From: Firmicutes bacterium UBA3930
GTDB taxonomy: Bacteria; Bacillota; Clostridia; Caldicoprobacterales; Caldicoprobacteraceae
Direction: 5' to 3'
Assembly (NCBI GenBank): GCA_002385885.1
Contig: DGEI01000027.1
Coordinates: 7,530 to 71,529, forward strand
Length of the DNA: 64,000 nucleotides
The notes under the pieces: generated by a model
What the model saw: only the letters and a program-made list of their open reading frames with translations
Told to the model about the DNA's origin: nothing
Databases searched by the model: none
Made by a program: the position numbers and the translations under genes
Shown: piece after piece, positions 48,767 to 59,236 of the stretch
Numbering within the stretch: position 1 is the first letter of the stretch
Layout of the letters: every line of letters begins with the position of its first letter

Positions 48767-49939
48767 ATGGAGAACTTCGTATTTCAAAGTCCCACAAAAA
48801 TTATATTCGGAAAAGGTACTGAGTGTCAGGTGGGTGCTGAAACCCGGGTTTACAGCAAAAAAATTCTTCTGCACTATGGTGGCGGCAGCATAAAACGTAT
48901 TGGCCTTTACGATAAGGTTGTCAAATCCCTTAATGAGGCCGGTGTTGAGTTTATAGAGCTTCCGGGGGCACAACCCAATCCTCGCTTGAGCCTGGTAAAA
49001 GAGGGGATTGAAATCTGCCGGAAAAATAATATCGATTTTATACTGGCTGTAGGCGGCGGAAGCGCCATAGACTCGGCTAAGGCAATAGCTGTTGGCGTAC
49101 CCTATGAAGGAGATGTATGGGATTTTTACAGCGGAGCGGCTGTACCGGAAAAAGCACTTCCGGTGGGTGTTATACTTACTATTCCTGCTGCCGGCAGCGA
49201 AGCCAGCAAAAGTTCGGTTATAACCAATGAAGATGGATGGTACAAGAGGGGACTCAATGTTAATATCATCAGACCAAAATTTGCAATAATGAACCCCGAA
49301 ATAACGTATACCCTTCCTCCATATCAAACTGCATGTGGAGCGGCCGATATTATGGCTCATGTAATGGAGCGTTATTTTACCCACCAAAAAGATGTGGATT
49401 TTACCGACAGATTGTGTGAAGCCACGTTAAAAACAATAATTAAAAACGTTCCAATAGCTCTTCAGGATCCGGAAAATTATCAGGCAAGAGCTGAGATTAT
49501 GTGGGCAAGCACTGTTGCGCACAACGATTTAGTAGGCACCGGCAGGATTGAAGACTGGGCATCCCATAACATAGAACACGAACTGAGCGGAATTTACGAT
49601 GTGGCACATGGTGCGGGGCTGGCTGTGGTATTTCCCGCCTGGATGAAATATGTATATAAACACAACATTGACAGATTTGTTCAGTTTGCAGCAAGAGTGT
49701 GGGATGTGGATATCGATTTTGCATGTCCTGAAAGAACAGCACTTGAGGGTATAAAACGGCTCGAACAGTTCTTTGTAAGTATCGGTTTGCCCGTTACTTT
49801 GGAAGGATTGGATATTCCCGAAGATCGGCTTGAAGAGATGGCAGACAAATGTACAGACAATAACAGGAAGAAAATTGGAAGCTTCGTTCAACTGGACAGG
49901 GAGGACGTGCTCAATATTCTTAAGATAGCAGCAAAATAA
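48767..49939 (+). CDS. Iron-containing (group III) alcohol dehydrogenase, butanol dehydrogenase/YqhD-like
   Basis: GGGSAIDSAK and the His-rich metal-site motifs (DIMAHVMERYF, HNIEHELS). AAGGAGG RBS. Confidence 0.9.
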   Translation: MENFVFQSPTKIIFGKGTECQVGAETRVYSKKILLHYGGGSIKRIGLYDKVVKSLNEAGVEFIELPGAQPNPRLSLVKEGIEICRKNNIDFILAVGGGSAIDSAKAIAVGVPYEGDVWDFYSGAAVPEKALPVGVILTIPAAGSEASKSSVITNEDGWYKRGLNVNIIRPKFAIMNPEITYTLPPYQTACGAADIMAHVMERYFTHQKDVDFTDRLCEATLKTIIKNVPIALQDPENYQARAEIMWASTVAHNDLVGTGRIEDWASHNIEHELSGIYDVAHGAGLAVVFPAWMKYVYKHNIDRFVQFAARVWDVDIDFACPERTALEGIKRLEQFFVSIGLPVTLEGLDIPEDRLEEMADKCTDNNRKKIGSFVQLDREDVLNILKIAAK

Positions 49940-49965
49940 TCCGGTTTATATCTGGATAAGAGCAG

Positions 49966-50011
49966 AGGGCAACATTTTCAAGTCATGGATATTAGCTGAA
50001 AATGTTGCCCT
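49966..50011 (+). terminator. Long hairpin after adh (terminator candidate, poor U-tract)
   Basis: 16-bp perfect stem AGGGCAACATTTTCAG/CTGAAAATGTTGCCCT with a 14-nt loop, followed by TAATATATA. Confidence 0.5.
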
Positions 50012-50055
50012 TAATATATAAAACATTTATTCAGTAAAACAGCGGAGGAATGGTT

Positions 50056-51210
50056 ATGAAATTTGACGGCGAAATCCTTTCCCTAAGAGATCGGTTGATG
50101 CAGCACAGAAGATACCTGCATCGTTATCCCGAAACTGATTTTGAGGTTGCACGTACAAGGGATTATATAGTGAACCGGGTAAAAGAATTGGGTTTTGAGG
50201 AAATCAGCATATTGGCAAAAAACGGTGTTAAAGCAGTCATGAGGAGTGGTAAGCCCGGCAAAACCCTTGCCTTTAGGGCCGATATGGACGGATTGCCGGT
50301 TGAGGAAGAAACAGGTGTAGAGTATGCATCTCTAAATAAAGGGCTTATGCATTCGTGCGGACATGACGGACATATGGCCATTCTGCTTGGACTTGCCGAA
50401 TGGATAGGAAAAATGAGAGACACAATAAATGGAGACTTGGTACTGGTCTTTCAACCGGCTGAAGAAACAGTTGGTGGTGCTCTTCCAATGATAAAAGAGG
50501 GTGTATTGGAGGATCCAAAGGTTGACGCCATATTTGGACTGCATTTGCTGCCCGATATCCCCCAGGGAAAGGCAGCTGTTAAGCCGGGGGTTGTAATGGC
50601 CCAGGCATGCGAGTTCGATGTAGAGATCAAAGGCAGGCCAGCCCACGGGGCAACCCCCTGCCGTGGCATAGATGCCCTCCTGGCTTCATGTAATTTTGTA
50701 AATATGCTCCAGGGAGTATTAACCCGCCAGATTCCTCCCGGTGAGAAAGCTGTCGTAACTATCGGAAGGATGGAAGCAGGGGAGATAAGAAACATAATTG
50801 CCGGGAAGGCCAGGATGGAAGGAACCATCCGGTCCTATGACAATAAAGTGTACAGCATTATAAAAGAAAATATTGTAAAGCTGCTGCAAGGACTTGAACA
50901 TAGCCATGGTATCAAAGGCCGGTATAGCGAATTGGTCTACTATCCCGCTGTTAACAATGATGTGCAGCTAACCAGGCGGGTAGCAGGCTTAATTGATCCT
51001 GATATGCTCGTGGATATAGAGCCGCTTATGATTGCCGAGGATTTCTCTTATTACCAGGAGAAGGTGCCAGGAACATTTATGTTCCTGGGCTGCAGGAATG
51101 AGGATAAGGGATTTACATTCCCTCTCCACAGCAGCAAATTTAACTTTGATGAAGAGGTGCTGCTGCTCGGGGTACAGATATATGTAAACATAATCAAGAG
51201 TTTTAGCTGA
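50056..51210 (+). CDS. M20-family amidohydrolase (N-acyl-L-amino acid amidohydrolase/hippurate hydrolase-like)
   Basis: HRYPE, HSCGHDGH, FQPAEE and GEDF-like motifs. The GGAGG RBS is spaced for the ATG at 50056. Confidence 0.9.
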   Translation: MKFDGEILSLRDRLMQHRRYLHRYPETDFEVARTRDYIVNRVKELGFEEISILAKNGVKAVMRSGKPGKTLAFRADMDGLPVEEETGVEYASLNKGLMHSCGHDGHMAILLGLAEWIGKMRDTINGDLVLVFQPAEETVGGALPMIKEGVLEDPKVDAIFGLHLLPDIPQGKAAVKPGVVMAQACEFDVEIKGRPAHGATPCRGIDALLASCNFVNMLQGVLTRQIPPGEKAVVTIGRMEAGEIRNIIAGKARMEGTIRSYDNKVYSIIKENIVKLLQGLEHSHGIKGRYSELVYYPAVNNDVQLTRRVAGLIDPDMLVDIEPLMIAEDFSYYQEKVPGTFMFLGCRNEDKGFTFPLHSSKFNFDEEVLLLGVQIYVNIIKSFS

Positions 51211-51231
51211 GCTAAATGATTAACTTGTCAA

Positions 51232-51400
51232 TGCAGAATGCTATGGAGCTTGCCTTATGTAAAAGCTCAGAACCTGTTAGCGAAGAGGAGGATAAGCCGG
51301 AACCAGTCTGACGCGCCGGTGAGTTTTGGTGAAGGCCCGGAGCGAGCAATACAGATTCTTAGCCTTGAATTCCAGCGAACGGAATAATATTCTGCAATGC
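51232..51400 (+). repeat. Mosaic intergenic repeat, copy B
   Basis: Contains AGCTCAGAACCTGTTAGCGAAGAGGAGGATAAGCCGGAA (compare 42288-42325) and GGAGCGAGCAATACAGATTCTTAGCCTTGAATTCCAGCGAACGGAATAATATTCTGCAA (compare 63696-63755). Confidence 0.75.
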
Positions 51401-51512
51401 ATATTTCCAAGTTTTAAAAACTACGCGTTTGAGTAAATCCTGTTGAATAATCACAAATTTCTTGTTACAATGAGAGGCGGAAAATAGATTTGCTTTTGAA
51501 AGGACTGTTTAT

Positions 51513-52316
51513 ATGTTTGGCGGTTTTTTTAACCGGATGTATTATGGAAACCCAAATAAGCCGGACTTAGGATATGAAGATCTCAAAAAAAGGCGGTTTA
51601 AACTGTTTTTTACCGTCCTTCAGATTAGGTTTTGGAAGCTAATACAGCTGAATCTTTTATATTCAATATTCTGGCTTCCCACCTTTATATGGATATATGT
51701 TCAATCCGTTGTAACGGCTGAAACAGGTGAGCCTGTAACCCTGTTCTTCTTTTTGATATTGCTTCCATGCCTGCTTTTTGCGGGCCCTGCCACTGCAGGA
51801 ACAACTTATGTGGTCCGAAACTGGGCAAGGGACGAGCATGCGTGGCTGTTTAGCGACTTTAAAGATGCCTGGAAGATGAACTGGAAGGAAAGCCTGTTGA
51901 TTATGTTCATCAACGGTGTTGTATTGATGCTTTTTTATGTGGCTGTTATCTTCTATAATGCTTTGGCTGTGAAAAGCATATTATATCTGGCGCTGTATTA
52001 CTTTATACTGATGATCGGGCTTGTATATGCAATGATGAATATATATATTTTCCCTTTGCTGGTTACCTACAAACTTACTATACGGCAAATTTATCGAAAC
52101 GCTTTTATTTTCACCATAGGCAAACTGCCCCATACATTTGGTATTTTCGTTCTTATGGCTGGAGTATTTATAGCAAGCACCTGGTATATCTTTCCGCTTT
52201 TCCTGGTGGGGTTGACTTTCCCGATGCTTATAGGTGTTTCCCTTGCCAACTGGGTATTTGACAAGTATATGAACGTTAAGCTGGAAGATTATCAGGATGA
52301 AAGCGGTGTTGAATAA
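51513..52316 (+). CDS. YesL-family (DUF624) membrane protein
   Basis: Typical N-terminus MFGGFF...K..F, followed by 5-6 TM helices. Confidence 0.75.
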   Translation: MFGGFFNRMYYGNPNKPDLGYEDLKKRRFKLFFTVLQIRFWKLIQLNLLYSIFWLPTFIWIYVQSVVTAETGEPVTLFFFLILLPCLLFAGPATAGTTYVVRNWARDEHAWLFSDFKDAWKMNWKESLLIMFINGVVLMLFYVAVIFYNALAVKSILYLALYYFILMIGLVYAMMNIYIFPLLVTYKLTIRQIYRNAFIFTIGKLPHTFGIFVLMAGVFIASTWYIFPLFLVGLTFPMLIGVSLANWVFDKYMNVKLEDYQDESGVE

Positions 52317-52380
52317 TCCTGAATACGGATGCCCGTTTTAGTATCTTGTAGGATCATTGAAATATAGTAAAAGGGAGAAG

Positions 52381-53124
52381 ATGGAGATATATAACCATTT
52401 TGCTTATATTTACGATGTTTTGATGGATGATGTGGATTACTCCGGATGGGTGGATTATATAGAACGAATACTGAAAATATACGGTGTAAAGCCTGCCCGA
52501 ATTGTTGATCTGGCCTGTGGTACCGGGAATATAACCATAATGTTGAAAGCAAGAGGTTATGATGTAATAGGAATTGATCAATCCGAGGACATGCTGTCGG
52601 TTGCTAAAGACAAGGCAGAAAAAAGCTTTATGGATATTCCCTTTATATGCCAGGATATGAGATTTTTGGAACTTCATGGCCCTGTTGATGCTATTACCTG
52701 TATATGTGATGGTATAAATTATATTCTCTCGCTGAGAGATCTGGATATGTTATTTCAGAGTGTGCGCCGTTATCTGAACCCAAACGGTATTTTCATATTT
52801 GATATCAGTTCCTATTATAAGCTTTCATCAATTCTGGGAGATAATATCATGGTGGAAACCGATGAGGAGATCAGCTATATATGGATTAATAATTTTGACA
52901 GACGGACCGGCATATGTGAAATGAATTTATCATTTTTTGTAAAAGACGGAGAACATTACAGAAGATTTGATGAAACCCATTATCAGCGGGCCTATAAAGT
53001 GGATGAAATAGTACACCGTTTGAAGCATAACGGCTTTAAAAGCATTGAGGTGTATCAGCCTTTCATGCTAAAGCCGCCAAAGAAGAGGGCCGAGCGTATT
53101 TTTTTCGCAGCCCGGAAGATTTGA
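52381..53124 (+). CDS. Class I SAM-dependent methyltransferase
   Basis: The YDVLMDDVDY region and motif I VDLACGTGN. Start chosen at MEIYNHF. Confidence 0.85.
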   Translation: MEIYNHFAYIYDVLMDDVDYSGWVDYIERILKIYGVKPARIVDLACGTGNITIMLKARGYDVIGIDQSEDMLSVAKDKAEKSFMDIPFICQDMRFLELHGPVDAITCICDGINYILSLRDLDMLFQSVRRYLNPNGIFIFDISSYYKLSSILGDNIMVETDEEISYIWINNFDRRTGICEMNLSFFVKDGEHYRRFDETHYQRAYKVDEIVHRLKHNGFKSIEVYQPFMLKPPKKRAERIFFAARKI

Positions 53125-53190
53125 ATTTGAATAAGAACAGATTGTTTCCATAATTAACTCAGGCAATTCGATAACAGGAGTGAATAAGGT

Positions 53191-54084
53191 ATGAAGGACT
53201 ATGTAGTGAGGGTTACAGCCGGAGACGGTGCTGTCCGGGCTTTTGCAGCCAGAGTTACCAACCTTGTAAATGAAGCTCAAAGGCTCCATGGTTTACATCC
53301 GGTGGCTGCTGCTGCCCTGGGAAGAACTATGGCGGCAGCGGCAATGATGGCAGTTGATATGAAGGGACAAAAAGACACTCTATCAATGATTGTAAAGGGT
53401 GACGGGCCGTTGGGCAGCATTATAGTGGTTGCGAATCCCGGTGGGGACATTAAAGGATATGTTGGGAATCCATCGCTGGATTTGCCCCTCAATGAGTTTA
53501 AAAAACTTGATGTGGCGGCAGCTGTTGGAAAAAATGGAAAGATAACCGTCATAAAAGACCTGGGGCTTAAAGATCCTTACATTGGCCAGACTGAACTCGT
53601 ATCCGGGGAGATTGGGGAGGATGTGGCGTATTATCTGACAGTGTCGGAACAGCAGCCTTCAGCAGTGGCTTTGGGTGTGCTTATAAACCCCGATTACTCT
53701 GTAAAAGCTGCAGGTGGTTATATAATTCAGCCTATGCCGGGTGCGCCCGAGAATATAATCGATGAAATAGAATACAGGATAAATAATTCAGCGCCAATTT
53801 CCAGGCTGTTTGAACAGGGGAAAAAGCCGGAAGAAGTACTGTATAATTTTCTTGGTGGAATGGGCATGAAATTGAATGCCCAAGCCGGTATAAGGTTTAG
53901 ATGTGATTGCAGCAGAGAGCGTCTCCGGAGAGTCTTGATGGGAATTCAGGAAGATGAGCTCACCGATATAATTGAAACTGATAAAAAAGCAGAACTGGTA
54001 TGCCATTACTGCAATAAAAAATATATATTTTGCATTGATGAACTTAACCAGCTGCTGGAAGAAAAGAAAAGAATCAAAATGTAA
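53191..54084 (+). CDS. hslO: Hsp33-family redox-regulated chaperone
   Basis: The C-terminal zinc centre CDCS...CHYC and a typical N-terminal DYVVRV... region. Confidence 0.9.
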   Translation: MKDYVVRVTAGDGAVRAFAARVTNLVNEAQRLHGLHPVAAAALGRTMAAAAMMAVDMKGQKDTLSMIVKGDGPLGSIIVVANPGGDIKGYVGNPSLDLPLNEFKKLDVAAAVGKNGKITVIKDLGLKDPYIGQTELVSGEIGEDVAYYLTVSEQQPSAVALGVLINPDYSVKAAGGYIIQPMPGAPENIIDEIEYRINNSAPISRLFEQGKKPEEVLYNFLGGMGMKLNAQAGIRFRCDCSRERLRRVLMGIQEDELTDIIETDKKAELVCHYCNKKYIFCIDELNQLLEEKKRIKM

Positions 54085-54164
54085 AAAACAGTTATTGTTA
54101 TAGAGGTTTTTTCTGATATATGCTATAATGAAACCTATAATAACAGTAAGGTTAGGAGAGAGAG

Positions 54165-55910
54165 ATGGCAAGAGAAGTATGTTTGAAATCCAAGAGTAAG
54201 GTTGTTCCATTTGATCAGAATGGTCAATTTTATTATAAAAAAGCAAAAAAATATATGGAGAATAACAATTATATAAATGCCCTGAGTTTTTATCGCAAGG
54301 CTGTGGAAAAGGATCCGGAAAACCTGGATTATAGAGTGGACCTTGCTGAGGTTTTTACTGAAATGGGCTACTATGAGGTATCCAGTCAGATACTTTTTTC
54401 AGTGCTGCAGAAAGATGAAAGCAAAGCTAATTGCTATTTCTACCTGGGATGTAATTACCTGGGACTGCAGGATTATGAGAAAGCCAAGGAGTGTTTTGAA
54501 AGGTATATTTTTATGGAGCCGTACGGTGTATACTCGTATGAAGCGCGTGAACTGCGTGACATTCTTAAAAGCCAGGAATTTTATGCTGAAACTGAAATAG
54601 ATGTAATAAACCCGGCAAAAGAGAAGCTTTACAGGATGGCAAACAAAGGGAAAAATTATCTGGACGCAGGAGATTATAAAAAGGCCATACGTTGCCTGGA
54701 AAATGCTGTATCAAAAGATCCGTCCCTGGTATTTGCAAAGAATAATCTTGCCTTGGCATATTTCTGTATAGGAGAATTGGATAAAGCGATTGATATTTGC
54801 AATGAGGTACTGAAGGACTATCCTTACAATGTTCATGCCAACTGTAATATATCTATATTTCTACAGGAAAAGGGATGTAGTGAAGAAAGTGAAAAACATC
54901 TTGATACCTTACTGGGTATGCAGACCAAAGATCCTGAGGAGACCCATAAGATTGCGGTTACCCTTTGCGAATTAAAAAAGCACAAGGAAGCTAACAGGCT
55001 TCTCAAAAAACTGCTTATATACAAACCTTACGATATAAAAATTTTGCATTATATTGCCGTTTCGTACTTTAATATGCAAATGTATAATGATGCGTTAACA
55101 TACTGGGACAAGATAGACAAGATAGTACCTCATAATACCATCAGCAGCTTTTATAAGAGGCTGGCACGGGCAATTATGAAGAAGGAAAGGGAGTTCAGAG
55201 AGATTCCCTACCATTTCCAGGTTCCCTATGAGGAGGTAATTTACCGGATTAAGAAGATAAATGATTTGCTGAAACTTCCCGAAAGAGCTTTGAGGCAGAG
55301 ATGGGAGACCGGAGATGAGCTGATGGCCTTGCTTGGATGGGGGCTTGGACTAAATGATATTTCTATAAAAAAAGCCATCCTGAATGTTGTAGCTTCCTTT
55401 GGAGATCAAAAGACAGAGCGCTTTTTAAGGGAATTTCTGCTGAAGAAAAATGTTGAGGATGAGCTGAAAAAAGAGGCTGTGGCGCTTCTTAAGCAGATGA
55501 AAGCAAGGGAACCATACATTGCATATATAAATAATACGGTAGTAGAAATATGGGTGGATATATTAGAAAAAGTATCCAGCGGTGAGATTCCCCGGATATA
55601 TTATGATGTACTTGAGATAGCTACTCAAAAGATGAAAGATCGGTACGAAGATGGATATGAACTGAAGATTCGGGAAATGTGGGAGAAGTTTATCAGGGCA
55701 GCACAAGCAAAAAGACTGCCAAGGATACGAAAAGCAGAAGCCTGGGCTGCTGCCCTTGAGCTGTACTTCTGTCATAAATCGGGTATAGACGTCAATATGA
55801 AGAGAATTGCAGAGTTTTACGAAGCTGCCTATTCTACGGTATATAACAATTGGCATTATATATTCTATACCATCCTGGAAGAAAAATATGGAGTGTCTAT
55901 ACTAAAATGA
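54165..55910 (+). CDS. Tetratricopeptide-repeat protein
   Basis: Multiple TPR-like 34-aa repeats (A..Y.KA...DP.N). Confidence 0.75.
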   Translation: MAREVCLKSKSKVVPFDQNGQFYYKKAKKYMENNNYINALSFYRKAVEKDPENLDYRVDLAEVFTEMGYYEVSSQILFSVLQKDESKANCYFYLGCNYLGLQDYEKAKECFERYIFMEPYGVYSYEARELRDILKSQEFYAETEIDVINPAKEKLYRMANKGKNYLDAGDYKKAIRCLENAVSKDPSLVFAKNNLALAYFCIGELDKAIDICNEVLKDYPYNVHANCNISIFLQEKGCSEESEKHLDTLLGMQTKDPEETHKIAVTLCELKKHKEANRLLKKLLIYKPYDIKILHYIAVSYFNMQMYNDALTYWDKIDKIVPHNTISSFYKRLARAIMKKEREFREIPYHFQVPYEEVIYRIKKINDLLKLPERALRQRWETGDELMALLGWGLGLNDISIKKAILNVVASFGDQKTERFLREFLLKKNVEDELKKEAVALLKQMKAREPYIAYINNTVVEIWVDILEKVSSGEIPRIYYDVLEIATQKMKDRYEDGYELKIREMWEKFIRAAQAKRLPRIRKAEAWAAALELYFCHKSGIDVNMKRIAEFYEAAYSTVYNNWHYIFYTILEEKYGVSILK

Positions 55911-55946
55911 AAGGCTGCTGACAATACAAATCAGCAGCCTTTTTAT
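55909..55946. terminator. Bidirectional terminator between convergent genes
   Basis: 11-bp stem AAGGCTGCTGA/TCAGCAGCCTT with a 9-nt loop and A/T runs on both sides. Confidence 0.8.
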
Positions 55947-55992
55947 GTGTAATATTATGAGGGGAATAGTGAATGCCTGGACTAATATTTGC

Positions 55993-56334
55993 TTATTCGT
56001 CTTCGGATTCATCATCGGATGTTTGCTCTGTATCGCTTTCATCGGATGATTCCTGCCCGGTTCCTTCTTCATCTTCACCGGATTCCTGAGAGTCATCATT
56101 CGTTTCATCTTCCAGGGATTCTTCAGCAGTGTCGTCGGATTCCTCGGTGTCAGATGAGTCATCCGGATTATCTGCTTCCTCCGTATCAGTAAGTTCACCT
56201 CCGTCAGTTGCCTGGTCAGTTTGCCCGGATTCTTCAGGAGTTGTTGAAGATTGGCTCTGACATCCGGTGAAAGCTGCCGATACCAAAAGGAAGACAGCTG
56301 CCAGCAGTATGGCAGTCAATCTTTTAACTCTCAC
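55993..56334 (-). CDS. Highly acidic, low-complexity lipoprotein
   Basis: GTG start after AAGGAGGTG, then a signal peptide with the lipobox AFTGC. The mature part is almost entirely D/E/S/T/G. Confidence 0.75.
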   Translation of the reverse strand: MRVKRLTAILLAAVFLLVSAAFTGCQSQSSTTPEESGQTDQATDGGELTDTEEADNPDDSSDTEESDDTAEESLEDETNDDSQESGEDEEGTGQESSDESDTEQTSDDESEDE

Positions 56335-56510
56335 AGAATCACCTCCTTATGTAGAATTTCATATGCTGACCGGCACTGAGGAAATTATAGCCATGATATT
56401 TGAAAAAACAATGAACAAATTGTAAATTCAATGTAAATGTTTTGCATGATTTACTCTTAACAAATTCATGGTAAAATGATATTATGAGCTATGAGAGGAG
56501 GAAAACCGGA

Positions 56511-56720
56511 ATGCGATGGAATGCGGTAATAAAATCAATTACTCACAAACAGGCAGTGATAGAATTATTTGATGATGGCGATGACATTATTATTCCGGTA
56601 AAGTATTTGCCCTGTGGATGCCGTGTCGGAGATGTAATACAGATTGATATATCTTTTAGCCCGTTTGACACTTTGAACCATTTACTGGACAGAATTAATA
56701 ATCAGGCTATTTCAGAATGA
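56511..56720 (+). CDS. DUF3006-family small protein
   Basis: Family-like pattern (AVIELFDDGDDIIIPVKYLP..RVGDVI). GAGGAGGA RBS 8 nt before this ATG. Confidence 0.65.
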   Translation: MRWNAVIKSITHKQAVIELFDDGDDIIIPVKYLPCGCRVGDVIQIDISFSPFDTLNHLLDRINNQAISE

Positions 56721-56777
56721 TTTTGGATGCTTCCGAATATTTATATATGTAATGAAACATGGATATTCGGAAGGCGG

Positions 56778-57827
56778 ATGTGGTTTTTGAGGATCAGGGA
56801 GGAAATAGTTCAGGCAACAAAAATCGCTTTTGCGTATATAGGCACTGTTGTAGGGGCCGGTTTTGCATCCGGCCAGGAAATAATGCGTTTCTTTACCGTA
56901 TACGGTATATATTCCATATGGCCCATACTGATTGCAGCCTCTCTTTTTATATTTATAGGCACTAAAATATTAAGGCTTGGGTCTAAGCTCAATTCTCAAT
57001 CGTATAAAGCAATAATAGAACATACCTTTGGTATCATTTCTCCTTTTGTCAGTGGATACATAGCACTGGCCATGGTGTTAATCGGCGCTGCTATGCTGGC
57101 CGGTTCCGGAGCATTGTTCAATGAATATGCCGGTATTCCCTATTGGATTGGAACCGGTGTAACAGCAGCAGCAGCTTTGATAGTTGTATTATTTGGCATA
57201 AAGGGTATTCTGGCAATCAATACCTGGATAGTTCCACTGATACTGATGTTTAGCCTTATTGTATACGGGTACAGTCTGCAGGGAAACGGGTCCGGGCAGG
57301 AGATTACGGCAATATATGAAATAACTCCTGTTGAATTGGTCATGAACGGAGTGCTGTACGCTGCATTCAATATAATACTCTCCATCGGGGTTTTATCTTC
57401 CGCTGCATCCAAAGTGAAGGAACCGCGGGCCTTGACTATTGGAGGAATTATGGGCGGCGGGATCCTGGGAATAATGATATTTATCAATAATTATTCATTG
57501 CGAGCCCAGGGACCGGGGATTTATGATTATGAGGTACCGATGTTGTATATAGTCAATCATATGGGCCCGCTTTTTTCCGGATTATATGCCGCTGTTACCT
57601 GGGGGGCGATATTTACCACGTTAATTGCCAACTTTTTTTCGTTATCTTCGGTGATTAATGATGTGTTCAGAGTGCCGGTGTCCCTGTCACTGCTGATGGT
57701 AACATGTTTGTGTTTTGTCATTTCGTTTATGGGCTTTTCACAAATTGTAGCCTTTTTTTATCCCTTACTCGGGATATTTGGTTTTGTATTAACTGTCATT
57801 ATGTTTGTTTCCACATTCAAAAATTAG
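56778..57827 (+). CDS. YkvI-family membrane protein
   Basis: IAFAYIGTVVGAGFASGQEIMRFF and about 10 TM helices. The start is uncertain. Confidence 0.75.
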   Translation: MWFLRIREEIVQATKIAFAYIGTVVGAGFASGQEIMRFFTVYGIYSIWPILIAASLFIFIGTKILRLGSKLNSQSYKAIIEHTFGIISPFVSGYIALAMVLIGAAMLAGSGALFNEYAGIPYWIGTGVTAAAALIVVLFGIKGILAINTWIVPLILMFSLIVYGYSLQGNGSGQEITAIYEITPVELVMNGVLYAAFNIILSIGVLSSAASKVKEPRALTIGGIMGGGILGIMIFINNYSLRAQGPGIYDYEVPMLYIVNHMGPLFSGLYAAVTWGAIFTTLIANFFSLSSVINDVFRVPVSLSLLMVTCLCFVISFMGFSQIVAFFYPLLGIFGFVLTVIMFVSTFKN

Positions 57828-57856
57828 CTTTGTGTTATTTATCTGCTTGTTTGGCA

Positions 57857-59236
57857 TTACGTCCGCATCTGTCTGAAGACAGCTTTTAGCCTGGATAAAA
57901 GCTGTTGTTTGTCATTGCATTCGGGATCCATAAGCACCCATTCATAAGCCTGATTCAGGGCTTTGCCGATAATCCGTTTATCTTTCGTGCCTATCCCGAT
58001 GCCCAGCACGTCATTCCCGTTTATGGCCATTTGAGACATGGTAACCGGGTCACCTCTTGAAATGATTTCATTTACTATATTTGTATACCGGCGTATGCAT
58101 TTTACTCCCTGCTGCTGACCTGCAGCTGACAGATATGCCTGCTCAAGTTCAAGGAGCCTATAGGTATCAGCCTGGCCAATTTTTCCGATTATTTTTCTTA
58201 AATGATAGGCTGCTTCGGCTTCTTTTAGGTTAAGAGGTAATGGAGAGCTTGTTACAAGAGACAGGACCCGGCGCGTGGTTGCACCGTCGTACCGCAGCCG
58301 TTTGAGTGAAAGCTCCGCTGCTTTTGCAAAACAGCCGGCAGCTTGTATGTTTATTGGCCCGGATGTATCGGCCCATATCAGTTTATTGATATTGTTTAGG
58401 CAGTACAATGCAGCAAGACGGAGGATAATATCGCTTCTGCACAGGCTTACAGCCTTTATTGCCAGGTGAAATCCGTCCCGGAATGAACATGATAACGCCG
58501 TAGAATGGCCATAATATTGCCATAAATCCGGTAGTATGATTTTGAATAATCCAAGCTGGTGCAGCATCATTAAAGGATAAAACGGATCTGATACCAGCAA
58601 AATCCTGTTAAGCTCATCTCTTATTCTTTCGAAGGATATTTGGGAGAGTAAGCGGCCGTATGTTCGTGCCGCCTCCATGGCCTTGCTATCCAGTTCAAAA
58701 CTAAGCTCGGCGGAAAAACGGATCCCTCGCAGAATACGCAGCGGATCCTCCGAAAACCGTTCGCCGGGGGAGCCTACCGTCCTGATTGTTCTTTTTGTTA
58801 TATCAACAACTCCGCCGAAGGGATCTATGAATGCAGGTGTCAAATACGGGTTGTAAGCCATGGCATTGACGGTAAAATCACGCCTTGCCAGATCATCGGC
58901 AATATCAGACAGAAAAACAACCCGGTTTGGACGGCGGAAATCGAGATATTCTCCCTCACCGCGGTATGTGGTTACCTGTATAGGCTTGCCGTTCATTATT
59001 ACTATTACGGTGCCGTACTTTTTGCCGACGGATATGGTACGGGTATGGGAGAACAGCCTTTCTATATCATCGGGCTTAAGAGAAGTCGCAATATCCCAGT
59101 CGTTTATCGGCCTGCCCAGTAAAGCATCGCGAATGGCGCCCCCTACTATATATGCTTCACCGCCATGTTCCATTATCCGGGTTAGTATTTCATTAATTTC
59201 ACAGGGAAGGGAGATGTTTATTTCCGTATTCATCAT
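57857..59236 (-). CDS. cca: CCA tRNA nucleotidyltransferase (poly(A) polymerase family)
   Basis: GGAIRDALLGRPINDWDIAT, the RDFTVNAMA motif and EDPLRILRGIRF. Confidence 0.9.
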   Translation of the reverse strand: MMNTEINISLPCEINEILTRIMEHGGEAYIVGGAIRDALLGRPINDWDIATSLKPDDIERLFSHTRTISVGKKYGTVIVIMNGKPIQVTTYRGEGEYLDFRRPNRVVFLSDIADDLARRDFTVNAMAYNPYLTPAFIDPFGGVVDITKRTIRTVGSPGERFSEDPLRILRGIRFSAELSFELDSKAMEAARTYGRLLSQISFERIRDELNRILLVSDPFYPLMMLHQLGLFKIILPDLWQYYGHSTALSCSFRDGFHLAIKAVSLCRSDIILRLAALYCLNNINKLIWADTSGPINIQAAGCFAKAAELSLKRLRYDGATTRRVLSLVTSSPLPLNLKEAEAAYHLRKIIGKIGQADTYRLLELEQAYLSAAGQQQGVKCIRRYTNIVNEIISRGDPVTMSQMAINGNDVLGIGIGTKDKRIIGKALNQAYEWVLMDPECNDKQQLLSRLKAVFRQMRT

